Below, piece after piece: positions 27,272 through 40,049 of a stretch of DNA of 64,000 bases. Numbering within the stretch: the first letter of the stretch is position 1; every line of letters begins with the position of its first letter. A program made the translations under genes and the position numbers. The notes beneath the pieces were generated by a model. That model made no database searches and was not told where the DNA came from. It saw only the letters and a list, made by a program, of their open reading frames with translations. Origin of the DNA: Octopus sinensis (Eukaryota); NCBI RefSeq assembly GCF_006345805.1, contig NC_042997.1, positions 36,518,001 through 36,582,000 on the forward strand, read 5' to 3'.

Positions 27272-27351
<80 letters not shown>

Positions 27352-28340
27352 TTATATCTGCATGAACATATACATACAAAGACTTGTATGTATATAGCTA
27401 AAACAATAATGTATCCTTCAATCCCATGTTTGTTATAATATCGTATCTGCTTGAACCAACTTAATTTCAGAATAGCGATTCGTGAAGGGATGACAGTAAG
27501 TCAAAGCGAAACCTAGATAAAATAAGTTTTCTTTATGGCAGGAGTTTAAAAGGGAAAAGTTTACTGATCATTAACTATAATTATATTTGAGTGGTGAACT
27601 ATTATTTATATTCAACATATGATGATACAAATCCAAGTAGCATCGAAAGAATCTCATTAGATTCTAGGAAAACGAAATTAATCTCAAATATATATCTTTT
27701 ATGCAGACCGGAGGAAATGGCTCTCCCAACTCGACTCGACCGCTACTAAATTATTCTAACATTCAATAAATAGGAAATAATATTCAGCGAAATATTATAC
27801 TTGGAAATTACTTTCCAACCAGCAATGATATGAATTTAGTCACGTTAAGAAATCTGCTCTCTCATCTGTCTGTTAATAACTTGACTCTGACTGGAATGAC
27901 GATCTGATTTTTTCCCCTAGTGAACTCAGATTCTTGTCACATAGGGCGTCAATAGATAAAGAATATACTCAGGGAAAGGGATTAGAATAATCGCTATATT
28001 TTTTCTAGTAGAGAATTCTGAAGTCATTTCAATATTTCAGTAAGACAGGAATATTTCGCTTTTTCCTTCTTGATGCTTTTTATTCCTCTCTTCGTATGTG
28101 AAAGATATTTGGAAAAAGACTTCATGAGTTGTAAGCTGCTTCAATAGGAAACTAGTTGCCAAAGTATTCAAATACGGCAAAGTAACAGTACAGTAATGGT
28201 ATGCACATTTTTAATGAGCTTTTTTGAGATTAACATTTCCATTTCAATTATTTCACATGATCATTTGTTATAACCCCATTGAATTTCTACTTAGCTATAC
28301 AGAACTATCATTGTATAAACACATTGATTAAACGTATTAT

Positions 28341-28754
28341 ACTCTTTCTCTTTTACTCTTTTACTTGTTTCAGTCATTTGACTGCGGCCATGCTGGAGCA
28401 CCACCTTTAGTCGAGCAAATCGACCCCGGGACTTATTCTTTGTAAGCCCAGTACTTATTCTATCGGTCTCTTTTGCCGAACCGCTAAGTAACGGGGACGT
28501 AAACACACCAGCATAGTGTGGACAAACACAGACACACAAACCCACAAACACACACACTTATATATATATATATATATATATACATATATACGACAGGCTT
28601 CTTTCAGTTTCCGTCTACCAAATCCACTCACAAGGCATTGGTCGGCCCGGGGCTATAGCAGAAGACAGTTGCCCAAGATGCCACGCAGTGGGACTGAACC
28701 CGGAACCATGTGGTTGGTTAGCAAGCTATTTACCACACAGCCACTCCTGCGCCT
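28341..28754 (-). mobile_element. SINE family D with a small internal deletion
   Basis: Reverse complement of 21638-22056. Confidence 0.92.
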
Positions 28755-30039
28755 TTTGATTATGATGCGTTTTTTAAAATTTAGTTTTCAATTGTCAAAA
28801 ATGTCTAGTATAACGTATGTAGAACCGTAAGTAGATAGACTAATAAATTGCCCTTGGTATTTGGAATATATAATTTAATTCCTTTTTCCAGGAAAACACT
28901 GTTTAAGACTATTCACGATCTCGGTGACAGGATTTTTACTTGAACAAAAACACGTTAGTTTCAATCACATTGTTCCTTTTGTTCTTGTCGTGACTGACAG
29001 CTATTTGTAGCGAGCTTCGTGTTAACATATCTCTCTCTATAACGGCTGGTGTAGCGAGTAGTCCTAGAAACATCGAGAAATGTATAATGATTTAAATATA
29101 GGCATATATTAATGAAGATATATTTTATATTCATTCTTTCATTTAATTTACGACACATAAATATTGATCACATCCTTCACACATTTAAAAATTATGTTTT
29201 GATAATTGTCGCTGAATAAGCGTCTGAAATGCGTGAATAACCACTTGAATATGCATGAGTGTATATCTATGCGTAGGGTGTATGTTGTATCTTATGATAG
29301 CCATCTTAATTGTTGTAGAACACACAGCTACGGAAATTCAGAAATGATATACGTACAAAATGTTAATTTGTTTCGGGATATTCAGCATATTCCATTCGGT
29401 ATTTTTATAGATACGAAACAATGAAAGAATCTGATTTATAATTGGTTTAATGCGTTTAACGTATCGAAGAATCAATCAATCGGTAGGTTAAATTTTGAAA
29501 ATTACCATAGCGTTCAAAATATATATTAATTAGAATAAATTCTAGCACTACATTCGGGTGCTTTCTTACTCCATCGTTCTAACTCGCCTGTCCTCTCTCT
29601 CTCTCTCTCTCTCCCCCTCTCTCACTTCCCCCCTCTCTCTCTCTTTGTGCGGTCATCTTTGAGTTTCATGAATTTTGAAGTTATGTACGTGGTCAAATTG
29701 TTGCTATATGGGCTGCCTACTAATAATCGATCTGTCTACTTACATTTCTACATTAGTTATACTACACTTAAAATTGCACCTTTCTAATGCCACGTTATAA
29801 AAGGGGCATTTTGTGTGAAAGTTTATCAGCAGATTAACAAATTGTTTGGTTATTAGAGGATTAACAAACTATTTGGACATTGGCGGATTAACAGTGTTTG
29901 GTCATATAGATGACCTCATTTGGTTTATGGCAAGACTGAATATGTTTGTGAACATAGCTTGTAAACTCCAGAAACACATACGTAACCACTACCATCAGTC
30001 ACATAAATACTAGAAAAGAGTGTCAATCATTTATCAAAC

Positions 30040-30470
30040 ACAATAAAAACAACAATATTGAGAACACCTCCCCAAAGATCCTTCAACGGCACATCTCCAC
30101 TCAGCTGCAACTTGACGAAAAAGAGAAAAGAACTAGTGTGCAAGGCCAGCACTATGGATTTGAAGAGAAAAGCTAATACTGAAATGACGGGAAACACCTT
30201 CAAATTCAGATAAATGCAGAATTAGGATCTGTTCAGGCATAAAATCAAAAGTCACACAACGTCTTTATCCAATACGGTATAAATACTTAGAGGGCGGTGT
30301 GAACAGCCCCATGTAAACTGGAGCATTATAGCTAGGAATGGGTAGCAAATCGAGATCTGCATTACACTAAATGTCATAACATCAACAAGGAATTTTGAAT
30401 TATTAGGGATGAAACCTCTCACACCGTATGCACATGCAACAATCTAAACTTCGAAATTTCACCACCATTT
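30040..30470 (+). pseudogene. Degraded Penelope-like GIY-YIG endonuclease C-terminal relic
   Basis: EMTGNTFKFR*…FRHKIKSHTTSLSN resembles the GxTxNxFKxRxxxHxxSFRH…TxLS motif of Penelope endonucleases. Stops and frameshifts present. Confidence 0.5.
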
Positions 30471-30584
30471 TTTCACTCAGTCAACCTGAATAAGTTTTTT
30501 TTTGGACATCGATTATATGCATTATATGAACACTATGCATGAGAGACATATAGCCCCGTAAGCATATCATGGGTTCACTTATTA

Positions 30585-31060
30585 CGAGGTACGTTCAAAA
30601 AGTATGGTCGTGTTTTCGTTTATGCGTTAAATAACGGAACGCATCAAGCAGAGACCATAAACCCATGACTTCATGACATCGTGATCGGGTCTTGCACTGT
30701 ACGGCATGACCTGAGCGATTTCCATGCGGAGTTCGTTCTGCTGTGCCGTCAGGACCTGGGGACGAATTTAGTTGACACTTTCCGCATACACATATCTTCC
30801 GTTAAAATGGAATACACTAATCTAACTTAGCACTTCGTGCGCAATTTCCTGGATTGTAACACGAATATTTGCCGAACCTTCTCAATCAGCGTATCGTTTC
30901 GGCTTGTGCATGTCCTGCATAAGAGTGCCTCGCTCTTCAATAATGTGCACTCATTTTTGGCGGGGAAACATAATTCGCATATTTTTCCGTATGTACATGA
31001 ATATATTGGTAGCTTTGTTTCCTCACAAATAAAGTATATATAACTGTTAAAAGAAATTTT
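30585..31060 (-). mobile_element. Internally deleted mariner relic
   Basis: TA followed by CGAGGTACGTTCAAAAAGT, a mariner-type TIR. Minus-strand peptides TSRNDTLIEKVRQ…VTIQEIAHE and MRKVSTKFVPR (WVPHEL-like). The other end was not found. Confidence 0.7.
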
Positions 31061-31069
31061 CATATTTCC

Positions 31070-32500
31070 TTTTTATAAAGGAGAAAACAGAGCAGATGCT
31101 AAACATTACAGGTCTATCACTTTCGCTTCATATGCGAGCAAGGTCACGGAACGCATTTTCAAAAGGAGGCTGATAACGTCCCTGGAAGAAAATTAGTTAC
31201 TCAAAAACACACACCATGTTTTCCTTCCGGAGAGGAGCTGTTTCACACAGTTACTGTAGCATCGTGACTGGGCACTGAAATGGCAGCTCAAACACTCAAA
31301 CCTGGATGTGATATATTTCGACTTTGCCAAGGCATTTGATAGTGTTGATCATGAGATGATACGTCACACACTCCATGACCTTGATATCTGTGGAGAACTG
31401 GAGAACACTGGCATGACAATTTAAAGCACAGATGTGAGACAGTTGTAGACAATGATGCTCTCCTTTTTTCTCTCTCTTTCCCCCAGTCTCTCGGGGGAGA
31501 CATTAATCTGCACCGGAATCCCCCAGGAAACTATTCTGGAACAACTGCTGTTTGGGGTGTCTCTTTCAGACAACTCCTTATCCATAGAGTCAGCTATAAT
31601 CACCAGCTACGCTGATGATAGAAGACTATCACAAGCGATCAAAGACCTTGATGACATACTACATCTGTACTTCTGCGAAATGACCAGCAAACAATATACA
31701 AATTGGCTGTTGAAAATAACATGCATTCTAGTGCTGAGAAGTTTCACGCACTCTACTATCGACCAACAAAAAGACTGCAGCTTGAATGCGAAGGACCAGT
31801 GTGTAGTGAATGCCAGGTTCACAGTCTGCGCATGACCTGGGAAACCATATGAGTAATAATGTAGCACTCTATATGCATATTGCCAAGAGTGCAACAATGT
31901 GCAAGCGAGTAGCTGGAAGGATTATAAGATCATTCAGAACCAAAGAAAATGATATGCTACTCCTATAGAGAATTTTCGCGCTTAGTCTTTTGGATTACTG
32001 TTAACAAATATAGTTAACTCAAAGTGTGATGCGGTAGACCAAACTTGAGACAATCTTGCGCCACTAAACAAAGAAGATCGACTCGTTGAAGTAGATGAAG
32101 CAACTGGACGATGCAAAATGAACCGAAGCTCGTCTCCCTAGAGAACGGGTGTGAAAGATTTGCTGTGATATATATATATGGAAGATCTAGGAAGATCCAG
32201 CTTCCAACTTTGTATTTGGAAGCTGTATCAACCAAGGAACTAGATGATACTGCATAATACCTATGATCCTGTTTAGTATTTCGAACCAGCAACCAGTAAG
32301 CTAAAAGCTAGTAACGAGAAAGTAATGAGCATCCAGCCAAATAACGTCATGGGTTGCAAGATATACATGTGGAGGTCTTCAAAGAGAGTCTGGACCAATT
32401 TTATTTTAAATATCAGAGGAACACACATCGCGGCAAGAGAAACAAAGAAGAGTGGCTTATTCCAACTTGCTGCTTCACCAAAAATATTACAAAAAGGAAA
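31070..32500 (+). pseudogene. Degraded CR1-clade-like LINE reverse transcriptase
   Basis: YFDFAKAFDSVDH, GIPQETIL (GVPQG-like) and TSYADD motifs. The C-terminus parallels the ORF at 20726-21532. Confidence 0.85.
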
Positions 32501-32759
32501 CTCAAACACGTTGAAACAAGTGGAAAAGGAAACATATATATTATATATATATATACATAGATAGAGAGAGAGAGAGGTTATGAGAGGTAATGGTATCAAG
32601 AAGACCCAAAGGAATTTACTCACAAGGTATTGGACTCTTCTGTCTAAATAATGGTTCTACAGTGCAATATCCCTGTATATCTCACATCTATTTTCATTCC
32701 TCCACTCTCTATTTCGTATCTTATCTAAATTAACTATTGCTTAACCATTCTCTCACACC

Positions 32760-32807
32760 GTCTCCGATGAATGGATATAATAAATATCCTGGAAACAGCT
32801 GTAAGGC
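32760..32807 (+). ncRNA. Degenerate minimal type I hammerhead motif
   Basis: GTCT-CCGATGA-AT-GGATAT/ATATCC-TG-GAAAC-AGCT-GTA-AGGC: U4C change, 6-bp stem II, palindromic ACAGCTGT stem III. Confidence 0.5.
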
Positions 32808-32906
32808 CTTCTATTTATAAATTTTCTAAATTCTTCTCAGCCCTATTTTTTTATCGCATTCTGAAAAAATGTATACACATACACACACGCACACACACAC
32901 ACACAC

Positions 32907-32956
<50 letters not shown>

Positions 32957-32984
32957 TTACATACATACACACACATTCACGCGC

Positions 32985-33041
<57 letters not shown>

Positions 33042-36000
33042 TATATATGTGTGTGTGTCTGTATACATATATATGTCTGGATGTGTCTCTCTCGTGATGT
33101 ATGAAATATATAAATGTTAGTGTTCGCACTAGACACGTCGGTGTGTTTCTGTTCTTTTACATTCAATATTCTTACTCTATAGTGTCTTTGGAATGAACAA
33201 TCTTCCATGCATTCTCTACTAATTAAGGATTTCTGTTCCCCGACTATGAATCAACTATAAATTAGAGATGTATTTCATAATTTGAGTTTGCTAAGTGATT
33301 GAATTTGTAAATGTTTTGGCTATTTTATTTGTGACTTCACATTTCTCACGTGTTAATGTCAAATTATATCAACCTTGAATTTTTCAGGAAAAATAATATG
33401 ATACTATTTAACAGTTGTTCTTAGTTATACTAATTAATTATATGCTACTATATTGAAATGTATATGTTTGTATGTTTTAGAATGCCGTAATGTGCAGGTT
33501 GTCAATATTTATCCGGTAAATCTCTGTCCTTTTTTATGATCAAGTGCTGCTGTGTTGGAATTTGAGAATACGGGTATTAGCAAAATTGTATTGTACATCA
33601 ATATATGGTGACAGCAGGGTCACATCGCTGTTAATATCTTTGCGTTTGACAAGATTTCTGGTGCAGCCGAATCGTCACAGGCTCGGACCATATACATTGA
33701 GGTATTTTTTCTGATCTTTATCTGTCTGGAATGAAACCCCACCACTCTTTCCATTTCCTTCTTCACACACACCACACACCCGTATCGATAAAATTATTTG
33801 CTCATCAGGGACTGGGGTTGATGATATTGACTAATATACTCTCCTAAAAATTGCTGCCGTTTCTGCCTAGATTAGGTTCCCTATAACTGGGAGTCAATGA
33901 ACAGGGTATCTATGACATACTGATGTACTTTGTATCGAATATACGATCTCCAAATGCGTTATATTGTGTCTGTTCCTGAAATTGATAGATTTAACGTGTT
34001 TTAATCATAGAGGGATTGTCCGATTATTTGTACTATTGTAATTTTTGCAGTCAGTTTACATTCAGAGTTCAAATCTTAATCTGGATGGAATACTTCTTTC
34101 ATAACCCCGTCATCGATAAATTTAAATCACCATTAGCTACATACATCCCTAAACATTTTGGTCCTTGTCAAGATAGAAAAATCAATATCTCTTTAATTGC
34201 CTCTAAATTTAACTTTCATCATATGTTTTTCATTAACTGTATTTCAACTAAAATTACACAGCTGGATATCTTTCTGGAGATTTCTCTCCAAAATGGGATG
34301 TGATTTTCTTGTAAATGGATTTTAGAATGTGAAAGAAAGAAATATTTAATGGTGCACAATTATGTAAGCAACTTGAGTAATACCAGAGGCATAAATGCAT
34401 TTGTATCATTCTATTCTTTTCTATTCACTTCTATTCAATAAACTTTGAAAACATGTACAATGGAAGTTAAATTAATTCGTTGCTATTTTAAGACGGAGGA
34501 ATATTTTAAGAATATCACAAGCAAACTATTATTTTGCATTATTACAATTTCATAGAACGTAAAATATTGTAATTTCAATGGAAAATAATTATTCCGGAAA
34601 AATTTCTTGAGTACTCAGGTTAATACCCGTAGTGATGTTATATATTATAAAAGAAACACGAGATGCTTTGTATGCAAAATAATAATGGTTTGGTTATAAG
34701 CAAAAGGTCACATATTTCAGAGAAACATGCTGTAGTATTTAAATAATATTACATCTACACACACTGGGAGGAAGTAATTTAACTTTTACCCCGTTGGAAT
34801 TTGAAAACGAAGCTATGTAGTAAATCAAGAGATTCTGTAAAGTATATTGCTCATTCTACCAGATGGATGTGCTGTTACATCATACAATAAAAACGAAGTT
34901 GTTTTGATATAAAGTATTCCTATTGGTTTTGAAATACAATGCGTGTCGAACATGTGTACTGCAAGTTTTAGTGAATTTTCTTCAAGCTCTGTGTGTATAT
35001 ATTTGGGGTTAAATTTAAATGTATATCCATGTCATATTTTTTTTGTCAATTAAAAATGACCCTTTAAGTAAGGATCGGTTCTGCATTCTATCTTAGATTT
35101 TTTGCTGTCTTTCTTTCTATATCTTATATTCGGAGAGTTTGTCTTATTTTCATTTAAATATTTATTGTAACCTGTGAAATTAATACATCAACAAGTCTAC
35201 AATAGCATTCGCAATATTTAGGCGATTTACACTAATCTTGCCGTCTGTGGGAACTTGCATGTTCCACATTAAATTCCTTGACAGCATTTGTAGTTACAAT
35301 ATCTCACTGAAGAGGAAACCCGGCCATTGAAATAACAATTCACCTCTGCGGTATAGCGTTATTCTGATGCTAGTGCTGTATACTGGCGAGCTTGTATTTA
35401 TTTTAATAACAGTAATGAAACAATGAGTTTGAAAATCCTTGAATAACATGTGCTATAGTGATTGTATATTTGAAGCTTCTGGTGTGTTGCAAGAGTGAGT
35501 TAAGAATGATTTGAAAGAGCAGTTTTGTCCTGTATGATATAATTTCAAATAAGAAATCTTTTTGCGTTGAATTTTCTGATGTTTCAACAAATTTAGAGTT
35601 GGAAGTTTTTTTGAGACATAGCTTATGTCAGATATGGTGCTAGCGTATCAAAATGGGAAGAACGCACGACAAATTTTCGTAGTCTAGGCGACATTTAAAA
35701 AAAAATCAGACGACGACCACAAATTTACTTTCAGATAACTGAGTAGGATGCATAAATATGAATACCAGGGCACATGTTATATCTGGGAAAAGCAACGAGA
35801 TTTGTGTACCGATGGAGTGAGAGACACTTTTGGCGTCAAATGTGTTTAACGTGTAAGAAAAATAAATTATTGTTTAGAACGTTCTGTTTCTTAGAGAGCA
35901 CATCTATTAATCTTTTGTCGGTACTTCAGAATATTGTTTCGCAAATAAAGTAATCGTTATGAATTGTTTTAGTCCTGCCACTTCCTCTCTTCTGAAATGC

Positions 36001-37757
36001 CAAGTATTGGCAAAGAAGACATACATTTTCGCACACCATTTTCATTGTAACCAATAATGTTTTCTTTAAGGAGATATCATGCCAATTTTCTACTATACAA
36101 ACCACCTTATTTTTGGACTAAGCCCTCGTATATTAAAAGACACTTGATCTCAAAAAATAATATTTATTGTTAACGTTTATTAAATAGTTCTATTTATCAA
36201 ATTTGATCCTAACTAATGCACGTCATGAGATATTTCCTTTGGCGTAAAACTTATCACCTAGTATTGCGGACAGGTATATTTGTGCATCACCTTATGGCAT
36301 ATGTAACATTTTAAAGGGAGTATTATTTTCTGTTGCAAAAGATCCCTCTCCGCTGCGTCGGACAACAAATGTATTGTTTATTGTCTTATTTGGGATATAT
36401 ACATTTAGGTTTTAAGGAAAATATCTAATATATCTAAAATACTCTTTTATAGTATTTCTTTCAATATTGTTGGTTGCTAGGCGAGGAAGATAATGTTGAA
36501 TACACTAAGATATGTGACCATTTGATAGATAGTGACATCCTCTGCCATTGAAGTAAAAAGATACAATCCGAGACATATAGAGCTGTTGTCAATAAAAGTG
36601 CTTCGTAGTTAGTGTAGAAGTCCTGGTCGAAGATCATCAAGAAAACTAGACCGAGATAACCCTCAGGTCCTACTCCCGATTAAAAATCAAATTTGCGTTT
36701 TGGCGAGGTTAACACGGCTCAGATGTCACACCCCTTTTGGCACAATCCACTCGACAGCCTTCTCAGGTGTACATAAACACGCAATGCTGTGCTCACTGTA
36801 GCGCTAAGGGAAACAACGGTAACAGTAGCAACAATTACATTAAAGAACCAGTGGAAAGCACATACACATAAACACACAAACGCATACATACACACTCATA
36901 TATACACAGATATACACGAACATACAAACACACCCACACAAACACCAAAGCACAGCAGAAGAGCAATGAGAGTTCGACAGGAGCACAGCACAATCCATCA
37001 TTCCGTTTATCACTAGACTCACATTTACCAAATCCTCGACACGAATGAGTCACATGCAAAACAGTTTGTTTTCTTTCAATGTTTCATTCTATAATCGAAT
37101 TCTCCTGAAATGACGAAGATAAGGCGGAGGTGAGAGGATCAAGGAAAAATACGATCACATGAAGACATACTGGCCAAAGACTGTCGCATTAAATTAAATA
37201 TAAATAAACAGAATCGTCGAAGGGACGCCAAAACTGTCGACAAAAAGCTACTCAGCTCCACTAGTATCGCAACAATATTATCAACAATAACATCCCTGAA
37301 TATGCATCTTCAGTATATAATCAACTCAGCTACTGCAAAACCTCATAAATGAAGAATGGCAACAGGAAGGAAATTTTTTAAATCACGTTAAAAAAAACGC
37401 AGAATTCTCATTTCTACAGTTCACCGAGAGATGAATGCTGAATTGATGAAGTATGTAAGGAAAAACAACCTTAAACGCAAACATTTGGGTAGGCAGGCTG
37501 TCGACCAGCTGATCTCAAATAATTTCTAGGATAATAATAATAATTATCCTTTGTATTATAGACACAAGGCCCGAAATTTTGGGAGAGGGCGGTGAAGTCG
37601 ATTACAAGGAACCAAGTGTACAACTGCTGCTTATTTTATTCATTATTATTATTATTATCATTATTATTATTATTATTATCGACCCCAGCGTTCAACAAAT
37701 GAAATGTCGTTAATATTTTGCCCGACTTGCTAAATAATTATAATAATAATAATAATA

Positions 37758-37801
<44 letters not shown>

Positions 37802-37819
37802 TTAATAATGATAATAATT

Positions 37820-38940
37820 TAAAAACAACTAATCCCAGAATTAGATGTACTGAAAACAGGCACAGAAAAAGCTAAGAATATGAAAACCCGTGCTAAAACT
37901 ACTGCCTTAGATATTCTGCTGAATGGCAAGAAAAATATCTCAGTGGCAAATACCCAAAGAGATCTAATAATGCCGATGTTAACAAAACCCTTACTCATCA
38001 ATGGTTATTGTCTTCTTCTTTAAAATCAGACAAGGTTTTGTCATAGCCGCACAAAATCAGTGTCTAACTACAAGGAACTTCCGGACCAACATATTAAAGA
38101 AAGGCAGTTGCCCAACATGTGTATGTAAACAAAATGAAACCATCGATCATGTTATCTCCACGTGCAATCTTCTTGTGCCTACACAGTATCTCAACAAGCA
38201 TGACAGAGCACACAGTATATTCACTAAAACAGAGCAGCACAGTATATATTAAATGCGGTGAGCTGGCAGAAACTTTAGCGCGCCAGATGAAATGCCTAGC
38301 GTTATTTCGTCTGTCTTTACGTTCTGAGTTCAAATTCCGCCGAGGTCGACTTTGCCTTTCAACCTTTCGGGGTCGATAATTTAAGTACCAGTTACGCACT
38401 GGGGTCGAGGTTATTGAGTTAATCTCTATGTCTGTCCTTGTTTGCCCCCTCTATATTTATCCCCTCTGTGGGCAATAAAGAAATAAGTATATTCACTAAG
38501 TAATTTGCAAAAACTCTGACCTGCCCCATGAATAAATTTCGTGGGAACAAAAAACAACTCCAGTGCTTGAAATTGACTACATCTCACTCATCTGGTGCTT
38601 CACCGTTAAAATTAACAGAAAGACAGATGCGAATGGGTCAGGCGTTATGGAACGACTTCTGACAAAAATCATGACTACTTATCGACATGAATGTATCTCT
38701 CAACTCCTACCAAAGACTGAGCAAGGGTCTTGAAATAGAAATCGGCAAAATGTAGAACCTCAAGACTATAACCTATTGTTAAAGGTGCCCTAGGAATGAT
38801 AGCAAAAGGGAGTGACCTGCCTAGCTGGTATCTACCTGGTATCTGAGCTACCTAGCTCAGACATCAGGAAATCTAAATACGGCAGAAATTCCAAAAATAG
38901 TGCTCATAGGAACTGCCCATATCCTACGTAAAATACTGTA
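37820..38940 (+). pseudogene. 5'-truncated R4/Dong-like LINE (zinc knuckle and restriction-like endonuclease) following an (AAT)n tract, interrupted by a SINE
   Basis: GFVIAAQNQCLTTRN, C…ETIDHVISTC…KHD, GALG and IVLIGTAHILRKIL motifs. Confidence 0.8.
38255..38485 (+). mobile_element. SINE family A nested in an R4/Dong relic
   Basis: Homologous to 5442-5672. AGTATATTCACTAA is duplicated at 38214 and 38486. Confidence 0.88.
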
Positions 38941-39248
38941 TATATAATTCCAAATTATAAAACAAAATTATCATTTATTTTTTGTTTCCTTAAACATTCT
39001 CTAGAAAAATAATTTGTGCAAAACGAAATATATGACACCTAGACATAACACCAACTTCAACTTCTAAAGTGTTATCTCTTGAGGTCTCTGGGTGAACCTT
39101 GGAATCAATTAGTACAAATAAAATGCGAAAGTTAAACATGATGATGATGCTGATGATGATGATAATGATGATGATGATGATGATGATAAAGATGATGATG
39201 ATGATGATAATAATAATAATAATATTGATAATGATAATGGTGATGATG

Positions 39249-39289
<41 letters not shown>

Positions 39290-39343
39290 TAATAATAATA
39301 ATAATAATAATGATGATGATGATGATGATGATAATGATACTAG

Positions 39344-39402
<59 letters not shown>

Positions 39403-39439
39403 GATCATGATGATGATGATGATGATATTGATAATAATT

Positions 39440-39930
39440 TGGTACGCCCACAAACCTGAAGGCATTGTCGAAAATAGAAATGCAAAGATCCTGTGGCATT
39501 TTATGACCAAGTGAGACCATGAGATAGAGAATAGAAAGCCGGATATATTCTTAATTGAGAAAGAAAACAAACTATGCTGGATCATAGACATAGCCTCCCC
39601 AACTGACAACAAGGTATGCGATAAGAAAGAAAGAAAAGTCGAGTGATATGAGTTTATCTTCGAAGTTAAGCAGTTGTCAATGAATAAGATAGCAGTAGTA
39701 CCAATAATCGTCTGAGTCTTGGGAAAAGTGAGCAAAAAATCTCAAGAAGCACGTGGAAGAAATAGGGGCTGCAATAAGGGTGGAGCACTTGCAGAAAACA
39801 GCACTGCTTGGAAACGCTCGAATACTCCGGAAGTTGCTCGAAAATTTAGAGATGTTACCTTAGTTCACTGGTAGTGAACAGCTGAAACTGTAGTACATCT
39901 CCAGTATTATAAGCTGTGCAAAAGCAATAA
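39440..39930 (+). pseudogene. 3' end of a second R4/Dong-like LINE flanked by (AAT/GAT)n
   Basis: WYAHKPEGIVEN…KILW…RKPDIFLIEK…IIDIASP…LQKTALLGNARILRK; triplet repeats on both sides. Confidence 0.85.
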
Positions 39931-40049
39931 TAATGATAATAATAATCATAATAATAATTTGTCACAATTCCTATTTGTTGTTTACAAACTGCCATTAACT
40001 AGCATTTTAAGATGCGTGTGCAGTACATGCTAGGCAGGGTGAAGGTAAA

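Larger units (their letters stand above)
26110..27275. mobile_element. Retrozyme-like element 1: 490-bp unit; about 1.1 units in one orientation joined at 26647 to about 1.3 units inverted; embedded in (TA)n
   Basis: ATTAATCAATATAGGGTGGC at 26111 and 26601 (period 490). 26647-27275 is the reverse complement of the permuted unit, with GCATCGTACAAG repeated at 26647 and 27138. Contains a hammerhead. Confidence 0.85.

Noticed and set aside
26110-27275. CRISPR array, satellite or DNA transposon with long TIRs
   Set aside because: There is no repeat-spacer pattern. The arms are differently permuted partial copies of one unit rather than matched terminal repeats, and there is no TSD.
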